Part shown: piece after piece, positions 42,954 to 53,012 of the stretch
Numbering within the stretch: the stretch's first letter is position 1
How the letters are laid out: each line of letters opens with the position of its first letter
DNA from: Flavobacteriales bacterium
Lineage (GTDB): Bacteria; Bacteroidota; Bacteroidia; Flavobacteriales_D; Sanyastnellaceae
NCBI GenBank assembly: GCA_002863145.1
Contig: PKDW01000164.1
Location: 25 to 64,024, forward strand
Direction of reading: 5' to 3'
DNA: 64,000 nt
Translations under genes and position numbers: made by a program
Notes under the pieces: model-generated
Told to the model about the DNA's origin: nothing
Seen by the model: the letters and a program-made list of their open reading frames with translations, nothing else
Database searches by the model: none

Positions 42954-44752
42954 GTGCCGTCCGACGCCCTCACGCGATGGACCGCGGCAAGCACATCTTC
43001 CACGGAGAGGTTCAAGCCGCCCTCCGCCTCGACTTCTGAGGTGGCCAAGACTTCGCCGGGCCCCAACGGTCCCCATCGTTCAGGCCAAAACGGCGCATCC
43101 GACCGGTACAATCCCACAGTCGGCGTGCCTTGGGCAGCGGCCATGTGCAACGGTCCGGTGCTCGACGCCACCACGCACCGCACATGGACCAAAGCGTCCA
43201 TCAACTGCGCGAGGGTCCACGCGCCCGCGGCATCGGTGAAGCCTGGCGTTCCCGACATGCGCTCCAACCAAGGCGTCAAGGCGCTGCGTTCCTGAGGCGA
43301 TCCCGTGACCACCACTGGCACACCTTCGGCCAAAAGCGCCTTGGCCAAGCCCTCGAACCGCGCCAGGGACCAACCGTTGGCCGACCCATGGTTTCCTGGA
43401 TGCAACAACACGGCACCTTTCAAGCCCTCGGGCACAGGGTCGCCTGCGCTTGACGTATGCCATTCCAGCAAGTCCATCCAATCTTCGCGTTCTGGGAAGT
43501 GCCACCGGGCGGGCAAACCCAAGCCGTGAAGCAACCTCAACCCCTGCGCCGTCTCGTGCTCGGGGGTGCGCTTCCGCGAACGCCACATGCTGCGATTGGC
43601 CCAGCGAAAAGCCACCCAACGTCGACCCGTGGCCACCCTGACGTGCACACCCGCGCGGGCGGCCGCAGCGAGCAAACGAGGCTCGGGGAAGGCGAACACC
43701 ACCGCATCCACCCCCGCGAACAAAGATTCCTCCGTCTCGGCGTCCATGTTGGCTTCCTCCCACACCCGGATGGTGTGAACGACCTTCGATTTGGCCACCA
43801 CCGGACGGGCATAAGGCCGGCAAATCCAAATCACCTCCACGTGCGGCAAAAGCCTGCGAAGGGCCCCGGCCAAGGGCAAGGTCAAAATGTTGTCACCCAA
43901 TGCGTCTGAGCGAACGATGGCCACGCGCGACCAAGCGCGATGAGACGTCGCCGCCTTGACCAAGTTCCACTTCCAAAACGCGGCGACGGCACTCCATTTG
44001 GCCACGCGCAAACCCGCGCGGCCATCCCGCCACCCCCACTGCACAATGGCCTGTTTGACCCACTGAAACGCCGCCCGGGCGAAGGGTTTCAGGGAGGAAG
44101 ACGTGCGGCCTGCGCGGCGGGCATCTTCGGCACCGAGGAGCGAAAACTTCGCGAATTGGCGATGGTGGTCCGCCGTGGTGTGATAACTGTAATGAAGCAA
44201 GTCCGAGTCAAACTCGAACACCTCGACCCCGTCGTGGGGCGCCCAAGACTCGTGGAGCACTCCGCCCGCCGTCGCGGGTTTCCATTCGCCGGCACCTGCA
44301 GACCAAAGGCGGATTTTGCGGTCAGGGTACCATCCACCGTGGCGAATCCAATCCCCGCAATAATACGTCAGGCGAGGCATCGACCACGCCGCGTTTGCGT
44401 GAGGCGGACGCGACTTCCAAGCCTTGATGTCGGCCAACAACGCCTCACTCAAAGCCTCGTCCGCATCCAAGCTCAAGATAAACGGCTCCGTCGCTTGACT
44501 CGCGGCCCAGTTCTTTTGGTCTGCGTACGTGGTGAAGGGCCTTTGGAACACACGAGCACCCAGGGATGCTGCGAGTTCCGGGGTGCCGTCAGTCGAATCG
44601 CTGTCCACCACGATCACTTCCTCGGCCACAGTCTGAACCGACTGCAAACAACGCGGCAGGTTGTGGCTTTCGTTTTTGGCGATGATGACGACACTCAGCA
44701 CGAGGCCGAAGGTAGCTCTCAGCGCCTGCTTCACGTCGTGGCAAGTGCGCAT
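42941..44752 (-). CDS. Fusion glycosyltransferase: N-terminal GT2 domain plus C-terminal GT9 (heptosyltransferase-like) domain
   Basis: GT2: LSVVIIAKNESHNLPRCLQSV..VIVVDSDSTDGT..LSLDADE. GT9: VAIVRSDALGDNILTLPLAGALRR and GSANGW/TGPLHMAAAQGTP. Start M45 (44752) was chosen so that it does not overlap divergent purD. Confidence 0.75.
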   Translation of the reverse strand: MRTCHDVKQALRATFGLVLSVVIIAKNESHNLPRCLQSVQTVAEEVIVVDSDSTDGTPELAASLGARVFQRPFTTYADQKNWAASQATEPFILSLDADEALSEALLADIKAWKSRPPHANAAWSMPRLTYYCGDWIRHGGWYPDRKIRLWSAGAGEWKPATAGGVLHESWAPHDGVEVFEFDSDLLHYSYHTTADHHRQFAKFSLLGAEDARRAGRTSSSLKPFARAAFQWVKQAIVQWGWRDGRAGLRVAKWSAVAAFWKWNLVKAATSHRAWSRVAIVRSDALGDNILTLPLAGALRRLLPHVEVIWICRPYARPVVAKSKVVHTIRVWEEANMDAETEESLFAGVDAVVFAFPEPRLLAAAARAGVHVRVATGRRWVAFRWANRSMWRSRKRTPEHETAQGLRLLHGLGLPARWHFPEREDWMDLLEWHTSSAGDPVPEGLKGAVLLHPGNHGSANGWSLARFEGLAKALLAEGVPVVVTGSPQERSALTPWLERMSGTPGFTDAAGAWTLAQLMDALVHVRCVVASSTGPLHMAAAQGTPTVGLYRSDAPFWPERWGPLGPGEVLATSEVEAEGGLNLSVEDVLAAVHRVRASDGTQSV

Positions 44753-44807
44753 TCGTTGTGGAAAACCCGCGTTGTTGCACCCTCTGAGGTGGCTTACTTT
44801 TGGATGC

Positions 44808-46085
44808 ATGAATGTTCTGTTGATTGGCTCGGGAGGCCGCGAACATGCGATGGCTTGGAAGCTTGCCCAAAGCTCCTTCCTCACTCAACTTTTTGTGGCA
44901 CCCGGCAATGCCGGCACTGCCCAAGTGGCCACCAACCTCAAATTGGACGTCTCCAACCACGATGCCGTAAGCCGGAGCATCAGAAAGCACGGCATCAACA
45001 TGGTCGTGGTCGGTCCCGAAGCCCCGCTTGTCGAGGGACTGGTGGACCACCTCTTGGATTGCGGAAAGCATCCTGAACTCGTGGTCGTCGGACCCCGAAA
45101 GGAAGGCGCCCAATTGGAGGGCAGCAAGTCCTTTGCCAAAGCCTTCATGCGTCGCCACAACATCCCCACAGCCGGATATGGCTCGTTTGACGGAACCCAA
45201 GTGGACGATGCAATCGTTTTCTTGGACACCATGAAACCTCCTTATGTGCTCAAGGCCGATGGCCTGGCCGCGGGAAAGGGAGTCATCATCACCGAAGACC
45301 TCGAAGAAGCCCAGCGCGTGATCCGCGACATGCTGTCCGGGGAGTCATTCGGGTCCGCAGGGGAACGCGTGGTCATTGAGGAGTTCATGGACGGCATCGA
45401 ATGCAGCATGTTTGCCGTCACAGACGGCAAAGCCTACCACTTGCTTCCTTCAGCCAAAGACTACAAGCGCATTGGTGAAGGAGACACCGGACCCAACACT
45501 GGCGGCATGGGTGCGGTCAGCCCAGTGCCTTTCATGGATGCCGAGTTCCATGAAAAAGCCATCAACCAAATCATCATTCCCACGGTGAAAGGGCTGGCGG
45601 CCGACGGCATTCCCTATAACGGCTTCCTGTTTTTTGGCCTGATGAAGGTCGGCGGCGACCCCTACGTGGTGGAGTACAACTGCCGGTTGGGAGACCCCGA
45701 AACCGAGGTCATCATGCCGCGCATCGAAAGCGACCTCTTGCACCTCTTTGAAAACATGGGGGCAGGACTTCTCAGCGAATACCACCTGCAGATTGACCCG
45801 CGCACGTGCTCCACAGTCATGCTCGTTTCAGAGGGCTACCCAGGCGCATACAAGAAGGGCAAGACGATTTCTGTCCCTGACCGACTCGAAAATGATGCCT
45901 TGCTTTTCCACGCTGGAACCTCCACGTCGAGAGGGAACGCAGTGACCAACGGGGGGCGGGTGCTCGCTTGCTCTGCCATGGCGGCGAATCCTGAGAACGC
46001 CCTGAAAAAGAGCTACGCGTTGGCCGATTCAATCAGCTTCGACGGCAAGCACTGCCGCCGAGACATCGGGCAAGACCTGCTCTGA
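44808..46085 (+). CDS. purD: Phosphoribosylamine--glycine ligase
   Basis: MNVLLIGSGGREHAMAWKL, ATP-grasp core and NTGGMGA. The track start at 44661 is a false extension. Confidence 0.95.
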   Translation: MNVLLIGSGGREHAMAWKLAQSSFLTQLFVAPGNAGTAQVATNLKLDVSNHDAVSRSIRKHGINMVVVGPEAPLVEGLVDHLLDCGKHPELVVVGPRKEGAQLEGSKSFAKAFMRRHNIPTAGYGSFDGTQVDDAIVFLDTMKPPYVLKADGLAAGKGVIITEDLEEAQRVIRDMLSGESFGSAGERVVIEEFMDGIECSMFAVTDGKAYHLLPSAKDYKRIGEGDTGPNTGGMGAVSPVPFMDAEFHEKAINQIIIPTVKGLAADGIPYNGFLFFGLMKVGGDPYVVEYNCRLGDPETEVIMPRIESDLLHLFENMGAGLLSEYHLQIDPRTCSTVMLVSEGYPGAYKKGKTISVPDRLENDALLFHAGTSTSRGNAVTNGGRVLACSAMAANPENALKKSYALADSISFDGKHCRRDIGQDLL

Positions 46086-46109
46086 GCCTCTGCGGGCCCA
46101 TGCTCGGAC

Positions 46110-46139
46110 AAAAAAAGCCCCTCCGCATTCACGGAAAGG
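46110..46139 (-). terminator. Rho-independent terminator of the small membrane-protein gene
   Basis: Minus sense: CCTTTCCG-tgaatg-CGGAGGGG (8 bp including two G-U pairs), then C and TTTTTTT. Confidence 0.65.
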
Positions 46140-46165
46140 CCCTCTGAGATTCGTTTGACTCGGAC

Positions 46166-46375
46166 TTACATGATGGTGCCGTCCTGCTCTGCGCGAACGT
46201 TGTACTTCTTTTGAAGGCGCAACCAGAACAACAACCCAACAAGTCCAAGGCCAATCACAGCCCAGTTGAAGCTGTTGCTGATGGGCAACAGCACGGTGCT
46301 GAAGGTCCATTCAATGAACTGGGCGGCGGGGTTGATGATGTCCTGCGTATTCATGGTCGTGATGCTTGATTGCAA
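46166..46375 (-). CDS. Small membrane protein (62-69 aa)
   Basis: One TM helix WAVIGLGLVGLLFWL followed by RLQKKY. It has its own terminator. The start may be M8 (46354). Confidence 0.5.
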   Translation of the reverse strand: MQSSITTMNTQDIINPAAQFIEWTFSTVLLPISNSFNWAVIGLGLVGLLFWLRLQKKYNVRAEQDGTIM

Positions 46376-46454
46376 AAATACACAAGGCCAACCGAATTGA
46401 AACCTTTTTGGAACAGGGCGCGTAAGGCGAAGACGAACCCATCAGTTTTTTGCC

Positions 46455-49400
46455 ATGAGAGCAATTTTTGCACCCCTGTTCTTCCTTGCAGCCACCACTT
46501 TGTGGGGCCAAGTTGAACTTCCGTTCACCCAAACCCCACCGCACATCATTGCATCTGCGGTCGAGGCTTGGGAAGCCAATGCTGCTGAGGCAATGGCTTC
46601 TGAGGACTTTGCGCCTGAAACCAGCCACGTCATGGCGTTCGCGAAGCGCGGAAACCGCAACACGATTGAATCCGTTCAGCGCGGCATCTGGAGTGAGCCT
46701 GTCACGTGGTCTTGTAACTGCGTGCCTGGTGGCGACGACAACGTGGTGGTCAACCACGAAGTGTCATTCGTGACCGATGCCGAAGCGAGCTCTGTGCTTG
46801 TTTCGCCTTCCGGCACCTTGATCGATTTGAACGGCATCACCTTGACCTTTGATGGCCATTTTTTGTCTTCGAACGCTTTGCCCCAAATGGCGTCTGCGCA
46901 TTTGGTGGCCAATGGCATTGGGGCGACCCAAAACTTGGGCGCCGACATGGCGTTGTCGTCCTTGACCGCCGCGCTCAAAACCTCTTTGAACGTGGAGGGT
47001 GTGGTCGAAGTGACAGGCAACGTCAACATCGACGATGCCACAGTCACAATCATGGAAGATGGACAATTGATCCTTTCTGAAAACGAATTCGGCCGCGCCA
47101 CGGTGATGCGTCCCAACAACGGTGCCTTGCTTGGCTTGGTGACACGTCAAATCACCTTGCCTGCCACCCCCAACCGAGACATGTCCTTTGCCGAGCAACG
47201 CATCGCCATTGGCCTTGAAGGGGTGAAAGTAAGTGAATTCGTGGGCGACATTCCCACATGGGGGTTCACCGGCGCCGACGATCCAGCGGGATTCGCCAAC
47301 ATCGGATACTGGACTGCCAATGCTGACGATTTCAATTATGCGGTCATCGAATCCGTCGATGACGTCCTGCCCGTTTGGGAAGGGATTTACCTCGCTTTGG
47401 CTTCCGCCGATTCGTACACGCTGCAATTCACGGGAACCATGCCCTCCTCAGACTTGGTCATGACCATTCCAGACGATGCATTCACCGCATTGTTCGGAAA
47501 CGCGTCCAATGCCAATGTGGATTTGAAGGGCCTCACCGACCAGCTCGGCGCCAACAAAGTGGGTTTGGATTGTTGGAACAACAACACGTTGCAATTCGAC
47601 CACTACATGGATGGCCTCAACACAAATGGTTTGAATGGCACCCTTCAGCCCAACACCACATGTCAATACTTGCCCTCGGGAGAAAACACGATGACCATGC
47701 CTGTCACAGGCAACATGCCCAATGGCACGGAAGCCAACCACCTCTTGGACTTGGACGGCAAAATCGTCTTCTCGGCCCAAAATGCAAGCGGCTACCGCGA
47801 CGAAGCGGTCATTGCCCTTCGTGAAGGTGCCAGCGTCGACTTCCTCGAATCGGAGGATGCAATCAACACTTCGTCATTGTTCAGTGCGTGCGACATGTAC
47901 CTGCTCGACGGAGAAGGAAAGCGGAGCGGCATCGCCCAGTTGGGGTTCGACCGCGAGCCCCTCATGCAATTCGACTTGATGCTCGGTGCAAACCGACCCT
48001 TGGATGGCGAATATGTGGTGGCCGTGGAAGAATTCGAGTGGATGAATGGGTGCGCGTTCATTGTGTTGGGCGACAACCCCACTCCTCAACCCCTTGAGGC
48101 CGGCGAACTCACACACATTTCGCTGCCCACTGGGATGAACACCAACCATACGGTGGCCACCGTGTACCTCGTCCCTTTTGCACGCGCAGAGATTTCTTCT
48201 CCCGGGTGTGAAGGTTCTGGCGAAACATCCATCGACGTGTTGGCCACAGGTGACGGCCCCTGGTCGGTGACACTGACCGACGGCAACGGACAAACCGTGT
48301 CGGGCAGCGCCTCAGCGGACGGCGTGGTGACCTCCTTTGGCGACTTGACCTCTGGCGTCTACACCTACGCAATCGACAACCAGGGCACCATGGGCTGTGG
48401 CGCCGTGGCCGGCGTACACACCGTGATTCGCCCCACTTCTTTGGCCATCGCCACAGACGTGACCCACGATTGTGGCGACGGCGGCACCGTGGTGGCCAAT
48501 GTGGCCAACGAGGAAGTGACCTACGACTGGAGCCACGGGGCGACAGGCGCAGAGATCTCTGGCTTGGAAGGTGGAACCTACACCGTGGTGGCCACCAACG
48601 ATTACGGTTGCAAGGACACCTTGGACGTGACTGTGTTGTCCGCACCTGACGTTTTGGTGACCTCCACCGACGGCACATGCGACGGCAACGAGGATGCGGA
48701 AATTGAGGTGGACGCCATGCACGAATCTGCGCGATACAACGTCATCCTGCATGACGCGGAAGGTGTGGAAATCGATGCACTCTTGGACGAAGAAACGCCC
48801 TTGTTTTTTGACAACATCACTTCAGGGACCTACACGGTCGAACTGCAACTGTTGGGGGCCTACGGATGTGCACCTGAAACGGAAGAGATTTCCGTGGTGC
48901 AACCTGTTCCCATGACGTTGACCAGCGCGAGCGAATCCCAGTGTGACAGCGATCAACTCGGTTCTGCATCCACCACGCTCGTGGGCGGGACAGGCGAGGT
49001 GACCTACATGTGGTCGAATGGCACCCAAGAAGCCAACTTGACAGACGTGGAAGCTGGCGAATACACGGTGACCGTGACCGATGATGCTGGATGTCAAAAG
49101 TCCACCAGCGTCACAGTGGCCCAGAGCCCTCAATTGGATGTGACGGTGGTGTCCCCTGGTTGCGACGGAACCGGTGTCTCTGGATTCAACTTGGCCAGCG
49201 CATCTGACGCGACGTGGACCGTGGATGTGTACAACCAAGAGGGCACGTTGGTGGAATCCATCACCGCGAGCGAAGAATTTGACGTGACCGACTTGCCTAC
49301 GGGCACATACACGTTGACGTACAGCGACGATGTGAACGACGGCTGCCCCGCCAAAAGCACGGAGGCCACGGTCACAGAAGCTTCCAACTTGGAAGTGGTC

Positions 49401-50159
49401 GTGATCACCACTCCGATGACTTGTGGTGAACAGGACGCGGGCGCCATCGATTTGGACGTATCCGGGGGTTCAGGCGACATCACTGTCGCATGGGATCACG
49501 GCGCGGAAGGCACGTCGTTGAGCGGCTTGGCCGGTGGTCAGTACTACGCGGTGGTCACAGACGACAACGGATGCACCGAAGACGTACGCGTGATGGTTGA
49601 AGATTCTCCCACGGTGGAAGCCAACTTCACCGCGCCCAGTGCCGGATTGACCGACGGGGTGAATGGCATGACCATGTCTTTCACCAACACCTCTGAAGGC
49701 AACATCACGGGCCAAACCTGGTACTTCGGCGACACGGAAACCCCGAGCTACGATTTCCATGCCACGCACACCTTTGAGGTGGCGGGTGCCTATGACGTGT
49801 TCCTGAACGTGTGGAATGACAAGTGCAGCCATACTGTCCGCAAGACTGTGGTGGCAAGCCAAGGCGAGAGCCACAACAACGACTTAGGCAATTTGGTGAC
49901 CAATGTGGCCGAAGGAAACTTGACCGAGATCCACGCCCCCGTGACCACGGAGTCAGGGTGGATGATGGATTTGGGGCCCGCCGGCCAAGGCATGACGGTC
50001 CACGTGTTCGACTTGACCGGACGTCAGCTGTGCACACCTGTGGGTGCCGATGGCAACGGTCAAATCTGGATCGAAGGCGACCAATGGCCAGCCCTTGTGT
50101 TGTTGCGTTTGGTGCACGAACCCACCAACAGCATTCGGACTTGGAAAATGGTGCGCTAA
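46455..50159 (+). CDS. Giant cell-surface protein with SprB-type repeats, a PKD domain and a T9SS C-terminal domain
   Basis: 1234 aa with signal MRAIFAPLFFLAATTLWGQ. SprB-repeat signature C.....G.......Y.WS.G......L..G.Y.V.V.D..GC occurs three times, interleaved with variant modules. PKD: WYFGDTETPSYDFHATHTFEVAGAYDV. CTD-like end. Confidence 0.85.
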   Translation: MRAIFAPLFFLAATTLWGQVELPFTQTPPHIIASAVEAWEANAAEAMASEDFAPETSHVMAFAKRGNRNTIESVQRGIWSEPVTWSCNCVPGGDDNVVVNHEVSFVTDAEASSVLVSPSGTLIDLNGITLTFDGHFLSSNALPQMASAHLVANGIGATQNLGADMALSSLTAALKTSLNVEGVVEVTGNVNIDDATVTIMEDGQLILSENEFGRATVMRPNNGALLGLVTRQITLPATPNRDMSFAEQRIAIGLEGVKVSEFVGDIPTWGFTGADDPAGFANIGYWTANADDFNYAVIESVDDVLPVWEGIYLALASADSYTLQFTGTMPSSDLVMTIPDDAFTALFGNASNANVDLKGLTDQLGANKVGLDCWNNNTLQFDHYMDGLNTNGLNGTLQPNTTCQYLPSGENTMTMPVTGNMPNGTEANHLLDLDGKIVFSAQNASGYRDEAVIALREGASVDFLESEDAINTSSLFSACDMYLLDGEGKRSGIAQLGFDREPLMQFDLMLGANRPLDGEYVVAVEEFEWMNGCAFIVLGDNPTPQPLEAGELTHISLPTGMNTNHTVATVYLVPFARAEISSPGCEGSGETSIDVLATGDGPWSVTLTDGNGQTVSGSASADGVVTSFGDLTSGVYTYAIDNQGTMGCGAVAGVHTVIRPTSLAIATDVTHDCGDGGTVVANVANEEVTYDWSHGATGAEISGLEGGTYTVVATNDYGCKDTLDVTVLSAPDVLVTSTDGTCDGNEDAEIEVDAMHESARYNVILHDAEGVEIDALLDEETPLFFDNITSGTYTVELQLLGAYGCAPETEEISVVQPVPMTLTSASESQCDSDQLGSASTTLVGGTGEVTYMWSNGTQEANLTDVEAGEYTVTVTDDAGCQKSTSVTVAQSPQLDVTVVSPGCDGTGVSGFNLASASDATWTVDVYNQEGTLVESITASEEFDVTDLPTGTYTLTYSDDVNDGCPAKSTEATVTEASNLEVVVITTPMTCGEQDAGAIDLDVSGGSGDITVAWDHGAEGTSLSGLAGGQYYAVVTDDNGCTEDVRVMVEDSPTVEANFTAPSAGLTDGVNGMTMSFTNTSEGNITGQTWYFGDTETPSYDFHATHTFEVAGAYDVFLNVWNDKCSHTVRKTVVASQGESHNNDLGNLVTNVAEGNLTEIHAPVTTESGWMMDLGPAGQGMTVHVFDLTGRQLCTPVGADGNGQIWIEGDQWPALVLLRLVHEPTNSIRTWKMVR

Positions 50160-50198
50160 ACGCGTGCACAGGAAGGTGACAATGCCGAACTTCGCACC

Positions 50199-50891
50199 AT
50201 GAAGATTGGTGTTGTCACCTTCCCCGGCTCCAACTGCGACATGGACATGGTCCATGCGCTGAGCCACGACCTCGGCTTCAACGTGGTGCAGCTCTGGCAC
50301 AAAGACAGAGACCTGCAAGGCGTTGAAGCCGTTGTGCTTCCCGGCGGTTTCAGTTACGGAGACTACCTCCGCAGCGGCGCAATTGCACGCTTCTCTCCCA
50401 TCATGGAGGAAGTCGTGTCGTTTGCCCACGGCGGCGGCCGCGTGATGGGCGTGTGCAATGGGTTCCAAATCCTGTGCGAAGCTGGGCTCCTTCCCGGGAC
50501 GCTTCGCCACAACGAAAGCCGCAAATTCATTTGCCGCAACGTGCACCTCAAGCCTGTATCCCGCACTGCCTCAGTCTCTGCGGGGTGCGATACCGATACG
50601 CCGCTTGTGATTCCAATTGCGCACGGCGAAGGCAACTACTTCATTGGCGACGATGGCTTGAAGGGCTTGCAGGACAACGACCAAATCTTGTTCCAGTACT
50701 GTGACGAGAACGGCGCGGTCAACGCCATGAGCAACCCCAACGGCGCCCTCCTCAACATCGCAGGGGTCTGCAATGAAGGCAAAAACGTCTTCGGCATGAT
50801 GCCCCACCCCGAACGCGCTTGCAGCGACGACCTCGCCAACGCCGACGGCCGCGCCATCCTCCAAGGATTGGCCGAGCAGGTGCTCGCCTGA
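50199..50891 (+). CDS. purQ: Phosphoribosylformylglycinamidine synthase subunit PurQ (glutaminase)
   Basis: MKIGVVTFPGSNCD, catalytic Cys GVCNGFQIL, and HGEGNY / MMPHPER. Confidence 0.9.
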   Translation: MKIGVVTFPGSNCDMDMVHALSHDLGFNVVQLWHKDRDLQGVEAVVLPGGFSYGDYLRSGAIARFSPIMEEVVSFAHGGGRVMGVCNGFQILCEAGLLPGTLRHNESRKFICRNVHLKPVSRTASVSAGCDTDTPLVIPIAHGEGNYFIGDDGLKGLQDNDQILFQYCDENGAVNAMSNPNGALLNIAGVCNEGKNVFGMMPHPERACSDDLANADGRAILQGLAEQVLA

Positions 50892-51019
50892 ATCCAGAAC
50901 ACAACCCCTTTTGGCACTTTGGGACGGCTAATCCTGAGGGGATTTGCGGGCTTTTGGAGTCTTAGGAAACCTCAAGGGGTTAGATTTGTTACAACCCTCC
51001 AACCTTGTATCTCAGATCA

Positions 51020-52969
51020 ATGAACGCTTACGCCGCCGGCCCCTTTCTTTCGCAGATCGATTTTCCTGAGGACCTGCGGGCCAAATTCAAGCCCGAGGAA
51101 TTGCAACAGGTCAGCGACGAGCTGCGCCAGTTCATCGTCGATGTGGTGTCTGAGAAAGGAGGCCACTTCGGCGCCAGCCTTGGCGTCGTGGAACTGACCG
51201 TGGCCTTGCACTACGTCTTCAACACCCCTGAGGACCAAATCGTGTGGGATGTCGGACACCAAGCTTACGGCCACAAGATTTTGACGGGACGACGCGAGCG
51301 TTTCCACACCAACCGTCAGTACAACGGCATCAGCGGCTTCCCCAAGCGAAGCGAAAGCGAATACGACACGTTTGGCGTGGGGCACAGCAGCACGAGCGTG
51401 AGCGCCGCACTCGGCATGGCCGTCGGCAGCCGCCACAACGGCCAGCGCGACGTGCAACATGTGGCCGTCATCGGAGATGGGGCCATGACAGGCGGTTTGG
51501 CCTTCGAGGGCCTCAACCAAGGGGGCGTGGAGGACACCAACATGCTGGTCATCCTCAACGACAACTGCATGTCGATTGACCCCAACGTGGGCGCCCTGAA
51601 AGAGTATTTGACCGACATCACGACGTCGCACACCTACAACAAGGTGAAAGACGAAGTGTGGGAATTGTTGGGACGCATCAGCAAGTTTGGGCCCAATGCC
51701 CAGGCCATTGCCCAAAAAGTCGAGAACGCCATCAAGAGCGCGGTCCTGAAGCAAAGCAACCTCTTCGAGTCGCTGAACTTCCGGTACTTCGGCCCCGTGG
51801 ATGGCCACGACGTGGAGTACCTCACGAAGGTGCTCGCCGATTTGAAAGACATCCCCGGCCCCAAGTTGCTTCATGTGGTGACCCGGAAAGGCGCCGGATA
51901 CGCGCCCTCCGAGGCAGGAAGCCCCACGAAATGGCACGCGCCTGGCCTCTTCAACAAGGATACGGGTGAAATCCTCAAAGGCGGGGACAACAAACCCAAG
52001 CCGCCCAAGTTCCAAGACGTGTTTGGGCACAGCATCATTGAATTGGCCAAGGCCGACCGTCGGATCGTAGGGGTGACCCCTGCCATGCCTTCCGGTTGCA
52101 GCCTGAAATTCATGATGGAGGAAATGCCGGACCGCGCCTTCGACGTGGGCATCGCTGAACAGCATGCCGTGACGTTCAGTGCGGGGATGGCCACCCGTGG
52201 CTTGGTGCCCTTCTGCAACATCTACTCCACGTTCATGCAGCGTGCCTACGACCAAGTCATCCACGACGTGGCCATTCAGAACTTGCACGTGGTTTTTTGT
52301 TTGGACCGAGGCGGCCTCGTGGGCGCCGACGGCCCCACCCACCACGGGGTGTACGACATGGCCTACATGCGATGCATCCCCAACCTTGTGGTCAGCGCAC
52401 CCATGGACGAACAAGAGCTGCGCAACTTGATGTACACCGCCTCGCAAAAGCACGACGGTCCGTTCGTCATTCGCTACCCACGCGGCACAGGCTCCATGGT
52501 CGATTGGCAAACCCCATTTGAGGAGGTCGAAATCGGTCGTGGCCGACGCCTGAGAAACGGCAACGACTTAGCCCTCTTGAGCATCGGCGCCATTGGCACT
52601 GAAGCCGTGCAAGCTGCCGAAACGCTCGAAAAGCGTGGCATTCAAGCAGCCCATTACGACATGCGTTTTGTCAAGCCGCTGGACGACGTGCTCCTGCACG
52701 AAGTGTTTGGACGATTCAAGGACGTGGTCACCATCGAGGACGGTTGTGTTCAGGGTGGCATGGGCAGCGCTGTGACCGAGTGGGCCATGGAGCATGGCTA
52801 CGCCGCCAAGGTGGCTCGCCTCGGAGTGCCCGACCGATACATCGAACATGGCTCTCAGGCCCAACTCTACAAGGAGTGTGGTTACGATGCGGACGCCATT
52901 GTCGAGAAAGCCGTGGCCATGTGCGAAACACGTGGCGCATCTGCAGACGCGGGCATGAGAATTGCCTGA
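51020..52969 (+). CDS. dxs: 1-deoxy-D-xylulose-5-phosphate synthase
   Basis: GGHFGASLGVVELTVALH, WDVGHQAYGHKILTGRR and the TPP motif GDGAMTGGLAFEGLN. Confidence 0.95.
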   Translation: MNAYAAGPFLSQIDFPEDLRAKFKPEELQQVSDELRQFIVDVVSEKGGHFGASLGVVELTVALHYVFNTPEDQIVWDVGHQAYGHKILTGRRERFHTNRQYNGISGFPKRSESEYDTFGVGHSSTSVSAALGMAVGSRHNGQRDVQHVAVIGDGAMTGGLAFEGLNQGGVEDTNMLVILNDNCMSIDPNVGALKEYLTDITTSHTYNKVKDEVWELLGRISKFGPNAQAIAQKVENAIKSAVLKQSNLFESLNFRYFGPVDGHDVEYLTKVLADLKDIPGPKLLHVVTRKGAGYAPSEAGSPTKWHAPGLFNKDTGEILKGGDNKPKPPKFQDVFGHSIIELAKADRRIVGVTPAMPSGCSLKFMMEEMPDRAFDVGIAEQHAVTFSAGMATRGLVPFCNIYSTFMQRAYDQVIHDVAIQNLHVVFCLDRGGLVGADGPTHHGVYDMAYMRCIPNLVVSAPMDEQELRNLMYTASQKHDGPFVIRYPRGTGSMVDWQTPFEEVEIGRGRRLRNGNDLALLSIGAIGTEAVQAAETLEKRGIQAAHYDMRFVKPLDDVLLHEVFGRFKDVVTIEDGCVQGGMGSAVTEWAMEHGYAAKVARLGVPDRYIEHGSQAQLYKECGYDADAIVEKAVAMCETRGASADAGMRIA

Positions 52970-53012
52970 TTCCGTCCTTTCTCCAGCCCTTCCCGTGACG
53001 TAGTTTCGGGAC

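Noticed and set aside
50892-51019. A possible riboswitch (for example TPP) in the 128-nt leader of dxs
   Set aside because: I could not find the CUGAGA / ACCUGAUCUGGAUAAUGCCAGC-type TPP core or any convincing conserved helix. Only short GGGG/CCCC complementarities are present.
51017-52510. 497-aa minus-strand ORF; similarly 53366-54622 (-), 43940-45076 (+), 30173-31219 (+), 8685-9518 (-) and 18077-18937 (-)
   Set aside because: Each is antisense to a gene with strong family motifs (dxs, polA, GT2-GT9, kbl, alkB, ASST-like). All share the same Arg/His/Gly/Val-biased composition expected from reading GC-rich codons backwards.
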